Shown: positions 12,495 through 22,975 of the stretch, one piece after another
How positions within the stretch are numbered: the stretch's first letter is position 1
Layout: each line of letters begins with the position of its first letter
NCBI RefSeq assembly: GCF_018977255.1
Contig: NW_024704743.1
Location: 95,854,001 to 95,918,000 of the forward strand
Reading direction: 5' to 3'
DNA length: 64,000 bases
Origin: Callorhinchus milii
Taxonomy: Eukaryota
Position numbers and translations under genes: made by a program
The notes under the pieces: model-generated
What the model was told of the DNA's origin: nothing
The model's database searches: none
The model's input: only the letters and a program-made list of their open reading frames with translations

Positions 12495-12806
12495 ATTGTG
12501 TTGCAATCTTTTGCCCCCCCCCCCACTTTGTTTTGCATTATTAACACCTCTTTCCCCTGCTTTGTTGCAATTCCCCCTTTGTTTTGCATCATTAATACCT
12601 CTTTAACCCATCATGCCCTGTCCTCCACCCCATTTTCTCATTTGTCTTCCCTGTCCTGCCTCCCACCTCTCTGTTAGCACTTAAAAGCATCTCCCTCCCA
12701 ACATCCCCCAGTTCTGACGAAGGGTCGTGGACCTGAAACATTGACTCACTTTCCTTTCGCCATAGATGCTGCCTGACCTGTTGAGTGTTCTTAGCGACTT
12801 CTGTTT
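12495..12806 (+). mobile_element. Penelope-like element pseudo-LTR remnant
   Basis: Homologous to the arms at 21713-22975 that adjoin a GIY-YIG C-terminus; contains the hammerhead motif. Confidence 0.8.
12710..12746 (+). ncRNA. Minimal type-I hammerhead ribozyme motif in PLE pseudo-LTR
   Basis: AGTT-CTGACGA-A-GGGTC-GTG-GACCT-GAAA-CA-TT-GACT: core boxes, 5-bp stem II, stem I AGUU/GACU. Confidence 0.7.
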
Positions 12807-13170
12807 TTGCATTTATATAACGTCTTCCATGTTGGGAGGACTTCTCAAACAGGTTTACGCAGCTGGCTGGGCACCAGAGCCAGGGGAGATTGGGGGGAGC
12901 TGAAGAGGCTGGGAAAGATGACTGAAAGCGCAGTCAAAAAGGTAAGTATTAAGGCAGACTTTATAAGTGGGGAGGGAAGCGGCACGGTGGAGGCACTCTG
13001 GGATGCAGTTCCAGACAGCAGAAGTAGAACGGCTGAAAGCTTTTTCCACTAAATGTAGGCGTGGTTCAGGTGGGGGCCATGTTGGCTGGTAGGATGGCAG
13101 GCGATTGCAGAGGTAGGGTGGGGCAAGGCTGTAGAAGGCTTTGAATTAGAGCATGAGGTTCTTGAATTTT
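12807..13170 (-). mobile_element. L2 3' fragment
   Basis: AFSRSTSAVWNCIPECLH..YKVCLNTYLFD. Confidence 0.75.
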
Positions 13171-14539
13171 TCAATGTGAATTTTGCACAAATTCTAAATA
13201 AAGTAATTTGCAGCACAAAATCAGCATGCCCTCTTGTCTTGCTGCCTTTTCATGCCTTCAAATATTGTTCTGGGTTTACTTTCTCAATCACATTTAGTGC
13301 TTCTATAAGGTCCTTTCTGAGTTGTCTTGAGAGGCTTGAGAATCCTCGTGGGGCGAAACCTTAAGCAAGTTTCCATTATCCACACACCTCTGTTTACCTA
13401 GCAGTAAAGAACCCAGTTGTTAGACAACTGGTGCATCACTTTCCGGGGCTAATAATCCCTTAAAAAAAATGTGGTCACTCAATCCATGACTGTTTGTGGG
13501 ACGCTGTTGAATGCAATTGGCTGCCCCGTTTCGCCCACAAAATATACAGTCCTATTTAGCATGGCTTAACTGTACTAGTATATGTTCTTTCTGTCAGTGA
13601 TTAACCTGTTTGCCTACTTCATTTTACAGCATATTCTGTGAAACGCTTTGAGAAATCTCAATATGTGGTGATAATGGTGAAATAAATTAATTAATGCTAT
13701 AAAGTCTATTTCAACTTCCTCCTTGACAATGTATAACTGGAGTATGTGTGCCTTGCATTTTTACTTCTCAGGAGCAGCACATTGCACTTGAATGAAGAAA
13801 AACACAAAGCCTCTAACTGTAAAACTATTTCTCCTATTTCGACAAAGACAAAAACTTCAATTAAAAATTAAGATACATAAATTTTAGATCTGCATTGGCA
13901 TTTATGTTTATGATTAATACACGTCATAAAAACTATTCCAAATATACACTGCAACAAGGCGCCGAGAATATAAAGATTCGTCTTCTTTAACAACAAAATT
14001 ACATTTATATACACTAGCGGCTTTCACATCGGAAGGACATTCCAAGGTGCTGCGTCCGAGCTGGGGCTAACAATACGAACTAAACATTGCGAAATCTCTC
14101 ACCCCACCTTTACTCAAAAATGAGTCCAGATTCATTTCATTTCCAAGTAAAGGTGGAGAGAGCGACTTGGCATTCTTAATATGGTTCAATAACTCCTCCG
14201 GCTTAAAAGTTGGGGTGGGTCCACCCAACAGCCCCAAGTGCCAGAATTTCCTGAACACAATAAGCATTAAAGTCTTGGGACAAAGTATATATAAAAAAAT
14301 ACCAATCCAATGTCATTCAATCCAAACAACAGCATCACAACTTTCACCGTCTTTTTGTAGACACATTACAGTAAGTTCTCTGGATGGGATCTTTCACGTT
14401 CTCATGTTTGCAGCACAATTGTTAGGAAATAATGTGTTATTACTTGTTAGAGAATAAACCAAAGAGCTTTAAGCAGAAGGGAGAGAGGCAGTCAATAACC
14501 CAACCTTCGCTGCAGTGAGAGCTATTGCTCCAAACACTG

Positions 14540-14720
14540 ATCTTACCTCTCGATCCCTCGCACACACCACACAACACGAGCTCCCAGACAGTCTTCAGGG
14601 GGGGATCGTGTCAGATCGCTACTCCTCCTTCCTACAGAGGAGGGAGAGTGACAAGTCCACAGCGGTTGGACTTTGTGTGGAACTGTAAGCACAGCCTCGT
14701 TAAAGGTAATCAAAGGGTTT
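14540..14720 (-). promoter_or_regulatory. CDH17: Candidate CDH17 non-coding exon 1 / promoter
   Basis: Minus-strand donor AG|GTAAGA at ~14547-14541; repeat-free, CpG-containing segment; HNF4-type CAAAGTCCA (14675-14667). Confidence 0.4.
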
Positions 14721-15489
14721 GGCCGAACGACGCCCAGATACTGTATTTTCCACGCGAATGAGTCAATCCCTTGTGCAGTTGCACAGCTGTCACACCTTGT
14801 GGTCACCCCCACCCTATCCCATCAGCAAAGCTTAGGGGGTTGGGACGTTCTCACCCCACCCTCACGTCGTTAATATAAAACACAGTCGAACGGTGAGTGT
14901 GTCACAAAAGATAACTGGAAGGCAGGTTAAGTATGCATGAAGGGAATGGGGAGTAGCACACACAGGGGTGTGTGAGTGGGTGGGGGGGGGGGGGGGGGTG
15001 AGGGGAATCTACAACAACAACAAGATTCGATTTATAGAGCGCCTTTCACATCGGGAGGACGTCCCAAGGCGCTGAGGAGAGGAGACGCAATGATTTCTGA
15101 GTCGCAAATGGGGGATCCCTTCCATATCCCACAGTACATCACATCACACCAACTAGAAGGGATCCGCCCCACGGACATACACTGGGAAGGAGCTTTGTGT
15201 CTCTCAAGACCTTCCTCTTCGACCGCCCTCCTGCCCCTGCCCTCCACCCCACCTCAGATAACACCCCCACCCCCCTCACTGGAGTCCAAATCCCTGACTG
15301 TCCAGCACCTAGGGATGTCCTCCCGATGTTAAAGGCGCTTTACAGTTGTAATTTGTTGCGTACATTTACGTAGAGTAATTTCTCAGAGCAGTTTACAGAG
15401 ACTGTACTGAGGAGCGAGGGAGGAGAGAGAAGGTCACACAAATAGCAAAGTTGATTGGTTTATGAATAGCCACTGAACTGAATCTTCAG

Positions 15490-15638
15490 GTCTCTGCTGA
15501 AGACCTTTCTTTTCGACCGCGCCTTTGGTCACCTTCACCCCCCTCCCCCTGGCTCGGTCCCAGGATCCGTTACTGTAAAGTGCTCTGAGACGCCATCCGG
15601 CGTGGAGGGCGCTATATAAATCCAAGTTGTTGTTGTTG
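15490..15638 (+). mobile_element. L2 3' end (second subfamily)
   Basis: AAGACCTTTCTTTTCGACCGCGCC..., hairpin ACGCC-ATCC-GGCGT, (TTG)n tail. Confidence 0.8.
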
Positions 15639-16939
15639 AATGGGTTTTGATAGAAAAGTTGCAGAAAGGAGTTCCGGAGGGTAGGAGCTTAGATGATGGA
15701 AGCAGAAGTAGGTGACACAGCATTGATTACTAAATGTAGGGGGGTGGGGGGGCGGGAGTCAAATAGTGAGTTTGGAGAAGATCACGGAGGTCGGGTACTA
15801 CAAGGATAGGAGGGGGTTTATAGGTGAAGGTGATGATCTGGATCTACTGTGAGACGGAGCCAGTGACGTATGTCTTAATCGTTGCATTTGATATAGCGCC
15901 TTATTAAGTCATTGAGACGTCTCAAAGTCATTCACAGTGACTGTATATTTTGTGGGCGAAACACAGTAGCAAATAGCACCCAGTAGTGTCCCACAAACAG
16001 TCCTAGATTGAATTACCAAATTTTTTTTGGAGGGATTATTACACCCAGACAAGCTATCTGCCAATTGACTAACAATGAGGTTACTACTTACTGCTAGGTA
16101 AACAGAGGTGTAAGGAAACTTGCCAAAGGTTTTGCCCTGCCTTGGAATTGAACACGGATCCTTCCGTTTGCAAGGCAAGTGCTCCAACCACTATGCAGGT
16201 TGGAGAAGGTGGAGTTGGAGAGATCAGAAAGAATGGCATTTGAAAAGTTGAGTATGGATGTGACAAATATGTGAATGGGGGGGTTGATAAGGAATCTATT
16301 GGAAATAACCATATTTTGACCCAATGCTGTCATTTTTGCCATCCAGCTCACTCTTTCTCAATTTTTCTTTCTCAATCCCACCAAACATTTGGCACCACAC
16401 ATCTACACCATGGCCAACAAAAAACGAATAACTTGTGCTCCAGCCTCGGGTTGTTTGCTTTAGCTCTGTAACTTGTCATCACATAATGGAGCCTTGTCTA
16501 CACCATTTAAAAAGAGTGCTGCAATGTTTGAAGAACCGTCTCGTGTTAAAATCATTGTCCAGTCCTCTGTTCAAGTGAATGTTAAATATCCGATTGGCAC
16601 TAATTGAAAATGGAGGGCAGTTTCTCACCCTGTCCTGGCCAATAATCTGCCAAGTAAAAAATTGGTCATTTGTCATTTAATTTGTAGCTGTTTGTGGGGA
16701 AAAAAGCCTATGAAGTGCATCTCAATGACATTATAAGGTACTATATCAAATGCAAGGATGCTCATTATTGTTACATGAAGTCACATAGTGTGATATGGCA
16801 TGGAAACAGGCCATTCAGCTGAACTAATCCATTCTGTGACATGTGATTCCTTCCTATATGCAGTACCTTGCATTCATCTGTATTGAACTTCATATAGTTA
16901 GTTCCACAACGGCTTTATAGCCTTTATTCATCATATTGC

Positions 16940-17260
16940 GGAGTCCTGTAGCTCAGTGTTAGAGCACTCGCTTTGCAAGTGAGAGAGACCTGAGTTCAAT
17001 TCCAGGCAGGGCAAAACCTTGGGCAAGTTTCCTTACTCCACACGCCTAATAATAATCCCTCCAAAAGCCCAAAACAATAATAAATTGGTCATTTTCAATC
17101 TACGACTGTTTGTGGGACATTGCTGTGCGCAATTAGCTGCCGCGTTCGCCCACAAATATACAGTCAATTCACTTTACAGTGTGTTCTGTGAAGCGCTTTG
17201 GGACGTCCACCCGACGTGAAAAGCGCTATATCAAATGCAAGGATTATTATTATTATTATT
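16940..17260 (+). mobile_element. Young tRNA-derived DeuSINE-type SINE
   Basis: Head GGAGTCCTGTAGCTCAGTG..TTTGCAA..GTTCAATTCC (A/B boxes, TGC anticodon-like loop), Deu-like core GTTTGTGGGACATTGCTGTGCGCAATT, L2-like tail, (ATT)n. Confidence 0.9.
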
Positions 17261-18496
17261 ATATCCACCAGCTTTCCACATCTCATTGAATCTCCAGTCA
17301 GATTTGTACCCTCTTCATTGATTGTATCTACTCCATTGCATGATGTTATTAATAATTAATAAGCTAATAGATTGTATCTTTCTTTACTGTATGGTGTGGG
17401 GGTGTTTATGTTCATGGTGAAAGTCAGATGATAAAGTAGTTTCTACCATCCTGTGCACATATATTCCTACACCCACCCTGGTGTCAGGATCTGACTGATA
17501 ATACTGTTTCTATTTCTGGATATATTGGAACTTGACTCCACCATATTGTTATGTTACATTTTACGCAGAGTTATGCAATATTTGCTGGAGGCTGCAACTG
17601 TGACTGGGAATGAGCAGGTCAGGCGCCAATGACATAGAAAAAACTCCTGTCAACCAGCAAAGTTGATTGGTTTATGAATAGCCACTGAACTGCTGGGCAA
17701 TATTGGACATAAAATCATAGAATCATAGAATCGTACAGCACAAAAAGAGGCCATTCAGCCTATCGAGTGTGTGCCGGCTCTTTGAAAAGAGCAAAGTAAT
17801 GTCAATCCCACTCCCCAGCCCTGTCCCCATAACCCTGCAGACCCGTCCTCCTCAAATACCCGTCCACCGCGTTTTTAAAAGTAGTTATCGAATCGGCCTC
17901 TCAGAGGTCTAGATGCTTCATAATCATCATCATCATCATCATCTTCATCAGATGCTAAGATTGGACAAACAATAATACAATATTTGATAAAAACTCTATC
18001 ACTGACAGGTACTCAGAAGCCATTTCAATTTGGCAGTGTACAAATTTGTGTTATGTTATGAAGAAAATGGCATTGTCCTTCAACCAGGTGATAAAAAGTG
18101 TGCATGTGAGGAGGTGCCATCCTTTGGCTGAGAATTTAAACTGAGGTGGACGTTAAAGATCCAACGCAATATTTGAAAAAAGAACGGAGTTTACTCTGGC
18201 ACGGCTCAGTTTAATAATAATATAATAATAATAATCCTTATTATAATAATTATAATAATAATAATAACAATATAGCACTTTTCACGTATTCTAAACGTAT
18301 CAAAGCGCTTCACAAAATATACTGTAAAGTGAATTGACTGTAGTTTGGCCCAATCTGAAGAATCTTCCTCCAAGTTCACCGTAATGCTGTATTGGAGTGT
18401 CAGCCTCCTGGACCATGAGCTCAATGTTCCAGAAGTGGGACTTGAACCCACAACCTTCTGACTCAGAAACAAGCATGCTATCAACTGAGCCAAACT

Positions 18497-19515
18497 ACAA
18501 CAACAACAAAATTACATTTGGAAAGTGTCTTTCACATCGGGAGGCTGTCCCAAGGGGTGCAGGGTTGGGATGAGGGAGGGTGGTAGGAGGGCAGTTAAAG
18601 GCATGATCAAAAAAGGAGGGTGTTGAGTCATGCCTTGAAGGAGGCAAGGGAGGGAGCAAGGTGAAGGGATTGTAGGATGGAGTTCCAAAGAGTGGGGGCA
18701 GAGAGGCTGAAAACCTGGCCGCCGATAGTAGGGCGGGTTGGGCGGGTGACCTGGAGCAGGATGGACTCTGCTAAGCGGAGGGAGTGGACAGGTTGTTTGG
18801 GCGTCAGCAGGTCAGAGATACAGGAGGGGGCAAAGCCTTGGAAGGCCTTGAAAATAAGGACGAGAATTTTGAATTCTATTCTCTGAGGAATGGGGAGCCA
18901 GTGGAGCCGGGTGAGGGTGGGGGTGATGGAGTCACAGAGCCTGGTGTGGGAGAGGACATGAGCTGCAGAGTTCTGGATGTTCTGCAGTTTGTAGAAGGAA
19001 GAGTTGGGGAGGCTGACAAGGAGGGAGTTTCCATAGTCAAGCCTTGAGGTGATGAACGTGTCTATGAGGGTTTCGGTGGCCTGAGGGTTGAGGCAGTGGC
19101 GGAGTTGAGCAATGTTGCAGAGGTGGGGGGAGGCAGAGTGGGTCGTGGCATGGATATGGGGGAGAAAGGTCAGTCGAGAGTCGAACAAGACGCCCAGGTT
19201 CCCGACTGACTGTGGTGAGGTGGAGTGTGCAACCATGGATGCTGATGCTGCCAGTGCCTTGAGGTGCTGGCGCGAACCTATCAGCAGGGTCTCGGTCTTG
19301 CTGACATTCAACTATAGAAAGTTGGCTCTCATCCAGGACAATGTCAGACAGACAGTCTGTCAGGACGTTAGGTCAGTTTTCTTGAGTCAAGGATGGAGGC
19401 AGAGAGTTGGAGTTGGATGTCATCTACATTCACGTGGAAGTTGACCCAATGTCTGCAGATGATGTCATCAAGGGGGAGCGTTTAGAGGTTGAAGAGAAGG
19501 GGCCTAAGGTCAGAG
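18497..19515 (-). mobile_element. L2-clade LINE, 5'-truncated
   Basis: ORF 18628-19311 with NLGVLFD, SRLDYGNSLL, LHWLP; (CAA)n tail at ~18500. Confidence 0.93.
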
Positions 19516-20177
19516 TCTAACACCAGTTCAGATAAAATGTAATGTGGCAAAGTGGATATTCTCTTGCAAACTAATCTAAATAAATGGAATATCTCTACAT
19601 GCATAAATAATCTTTGCAATTTGGGTAATCCATTGAAATTAGCTTCAATTTATGATATTTGTTGCTGCAATATAAAATACATTTCAAAGTTAGTATGTGG
19701 TTGTGTCATAGCCTCGCTAACCACAAATCTTGTCAAATTCTTTGGGTGGTGGAAGATTTTATTCAAGGTGTAATTTTCACATTGTTACACAGTATGCATT
19801 ACTACTGGAGAAGTAAATCACTCAGACTTAATTCTACACATCCAGAATAAGTCATTTGAATAGTCATTTAAAAAAATCAGACAGAATTGTTAAAATGAAT
19901 ATGTACGCCATAATAATGCATGTTATGCCCTACCCAAATACTATTATTAGTACACAATGGGGAACATTGAATATGTGCAATGAGCCCTCTCAGTTTCGCA
20001 TTATATTATTCTTAATAAACACAGTGGTTTTGAATTCCTCACATTCGGGGAGAAAATAATTTCTAATTGGTACATCAAGAAATCCATCTCCTTCCATATA
20101 CTCACACAATATGTACACAGTGAGAGGCAAGTCAACAAATATCCTTAGGTCTCTTCAAACTTAGTTCTGTCCCATTA

Positions 20178-21058
20178 ATGGAGTCCTGGATGAGAGCTAA
20201 CTTTCTTCAGTTGAACGTCAACAAGACCGAGGCTCTCCTGATTGGTTTCCGTCAGCACCTCCTCACCTCAGGCGCTGACAGCATCACCATCCATGGTTGC
20301 ACACTCCACCTTACTAAGCCAGTCTGGAACCTTGGGGTCTTGTTTGATCCTCACTTATCCTTTCTACCCCACATCCTCGCCATGACCCGCTCTGCCTTCC
20401 CCACCTCCACAACTTTGCCCGGCTCCGACACTGTCTCACACTGCAGGCCACCGAAACCCTCATACACTTCATTACATCGAGGCTCGATTATGCAAACTCA
20501 TTGCTTCTCGGTCTCCCCAACTCCTCCCTCCACAGGCTGCAGATCATCCAGACCTCTGCAGCCCGTGTTCTCTCCTGCATTAGGCTCCGTGACCCTATCA
20601 CCCCCATCCTTGCCCAAAACCACTGGCTTCCCTTCACACAGTGGATACAGTTCAAGATCCCGGTCCTCACCTTCAAAGCCATCCATGGTTGTGCTCCCTC
20701 CTACCTCTGCGACCTCCTAACCTCCTACCATCCTGTTCGCTCGCTCCACTCAGCGGGCTCTGGCCTGCTCCACGTCCTCGCTTCGCTCGCCTCCACTATT
20801 TGTAGGTGGGCCTTCTGCCACTCTGCCCTCACCCTCTGGAACTCCATCCCACAGTCCCTTCGCCTCGCCCTCTCCCTTGCCACCTTCAAAACCCATCTCA
20901 AGATCCTCCTCTTCAACCATGCTTTCGATCTTCCTGCTTCCCCCTCTGCCCTCCCCCACCCCGAGCCCCAGCTCGGGTCCGTAACTCGGTCTGTCCAGCG
21001 CCTTGGGATGTTCTCCCAACGTGAAAGGCACTATACAAATGTAATTTTGTTGTTGTTG
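20178..21058 (+). mobile_element. L2-clade LINE, 5'-truncated
   Basis: WMRANFLQLNVNKTE..., frameshifted; stem-loop and (TTG)n tail. Confidence 0.93.
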
Positions 21059-21712
21059 TACATGAGCCTTCTGCTTTTATTTCCTTTATTTGGAACATCC
21101 TCCTGATGTGTAACGCACTTTACAAATGTAATTTGTTGTTGCTGCATTAAACTTCATTTGCCTGAGATTAGCCCAGATACGCTTACTGCTGAGCTAACTT
21201 TGTCGCCATCTCCTCTGATTATACTGTTCCTTGTATTTGGTGTCATCTGCAAATGTAACTAACTTGCACTGTCTCAGCTTTCAGAAAGCACAAGATTAAT
21301 TTTGTTATGCAACAATTTAAATTTGCGGTCTCTGCAACATCACCTGAGCTTCTGAATTCTTTCTGGTTGCAAAACAAAGATAACATGATAAATGTTTTTA
21401 TAGGCTCAGCTGATTTATGTATCCAATCCTGAATACAGTATCTGATCCTGTAATACTGCATCCAATCCTGCAAAATTGTATCTGGGCTTGTAATAGTGTA
21501 TTCAGTCCTGTGCCATTGTGTCCAGCTATAATCCTTTCAAACCTCCTTAGTTATTCTTGCCAAAGAGTCACAATGACCATTAGATAGTTTACTTTGCTGA
21601 TGCCATATTGAGTATAGAATTAGTACAGAAATCATATGCTTTCTGGATAGTTAATACTGTTGTGGTTCATGTTGAAATATATCACTTCTCAAAACCAGTT
21701 CTCTTATTTGTT

Positions 21713-22689
21713 TCAAAAACAGAAGTTGCTGGGAACACTCAGCAGGTCAGGTAGCATCTATGGAGAAAGGAAAGTGAGTCAACGTTTCGAGTCCACGAAT
21801 CTTGGTCAGAACTGAGGCATGTTGGGAGGGAGAGGATTTTAAGGGCTAACATGGAGGGGGGAAGCAGGGCAAGGAAGACAAAGGAGAAAATGGGGTAGAG
21901 GACAGGGGATGATGAGTTAAAGGGATGTTGTGATGAAAAACAAAGGGGAAGATTGGAATAAAACAGAGTAATAGAGGTATTAATAATGCAAAACAAAACG
22001 GGGGGGGTGGGAATTGCAAAAAAATAGGCTGACCAGAGAGAGAAAAGTTGTGTCTGGGATCCAGATAATGTGGTAATGGTCACAGAAGAGGGGGAAGGTG
22101 AGTTCTTATGGTCTGAAATTGTTGAAATCAATATTGAGGCCAGAGGGCTGTAAGGTCCCAAACAGATAAATGAGGTGCTGTTCCTCGAGGTTGTGCTGTG
22201 GCTCATTGGAACAGGGTAGGAGACCATGGATGGAGAGGTCCCAGATACACCTTTTCTCTTTCTGGTTGGCCTATTTTGTTGTACGTTTCCTCCTCCCTTT
22301 GTTTTGCATTATTAACACTTCTACTAACCCGTTTTTTTGCAATTCCCCTCCTTTGTTTTGCATCATTAACACCTCTTTAACCCACCGTGGAGTCCTGTAG
22401 CTCAGTGGTTAGAGCACTCGCTTTGCAAGCGAGAGAACTGAGTTCAATTCCAGGCAGGGCGAAACCTTGGGCAAGTTTCCTTACTCCACACGCCTAATAA
22501 TAATCCCTCCAAAACTAAAAACAATAATAAATTGGTCATTTTCAATCTACGACTGTTTGTGGAACATTGCTGTGCGCAATTGGCTGCCGCGTTCGCCCGC
22601 AAATATACAGTCAATTCACTTTACAGTGTATTCTGTGAAGAGCTTTGGGACGTCCTCCCGACGTGAAAAGCGCTATATCAAATGCAAGG

Positions 22690-22736
<47 letters not shown>

Positions 22737-22975
22737 CATCCCCTGCCCTCTTCCCCATTTTCTCCTTTGTCTTCCTTGCCCTGCCTCTCCCTCTCTGTTA
22801 GACCTTAAAAGCCTCTCCCTCCCAACATGCCCCAGTTCTGACAAAGATTTGTGGACCCAAAATGTTGACTCACTTTCCTTTCTCCATAGATGTTGCCTGA
22901 CCTGCTGAGTGTTCCCAGCAACTTCTGTTTTTGTTACAGATTTCCAGTATCTGCAGTATTTTGCATTTTGTTTTC
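21713..22975. mobile_element. Penelope-like element remnant with inverted pLTR arms (SINE inserted at 22389-22737)
   Basis: Minus strand 22213-22106 encodes CSNEPQHNLEEQHLIYLFGTLQPSGLNIDFNNFRP*, typical of the PLE GIY-YIG C-terminus; minus arm 21713-22240, plus arm ~22250-22975. Confidence 0.85.
22389..22737 (+). mobile_element. Young SINE nested in PLE pLTR
   Basis: Full-length copy with a long (ATT)n tail; flanks rejoin to the pLTR sequence seen at ~12600. Confidence 0.92.

Noticed and set aside
16940..17015. tRNA-Ala(TGC) genes here and at other SINE heads
   Set aside because: Acceptor stem does not close and each head continues into SINE body and tail
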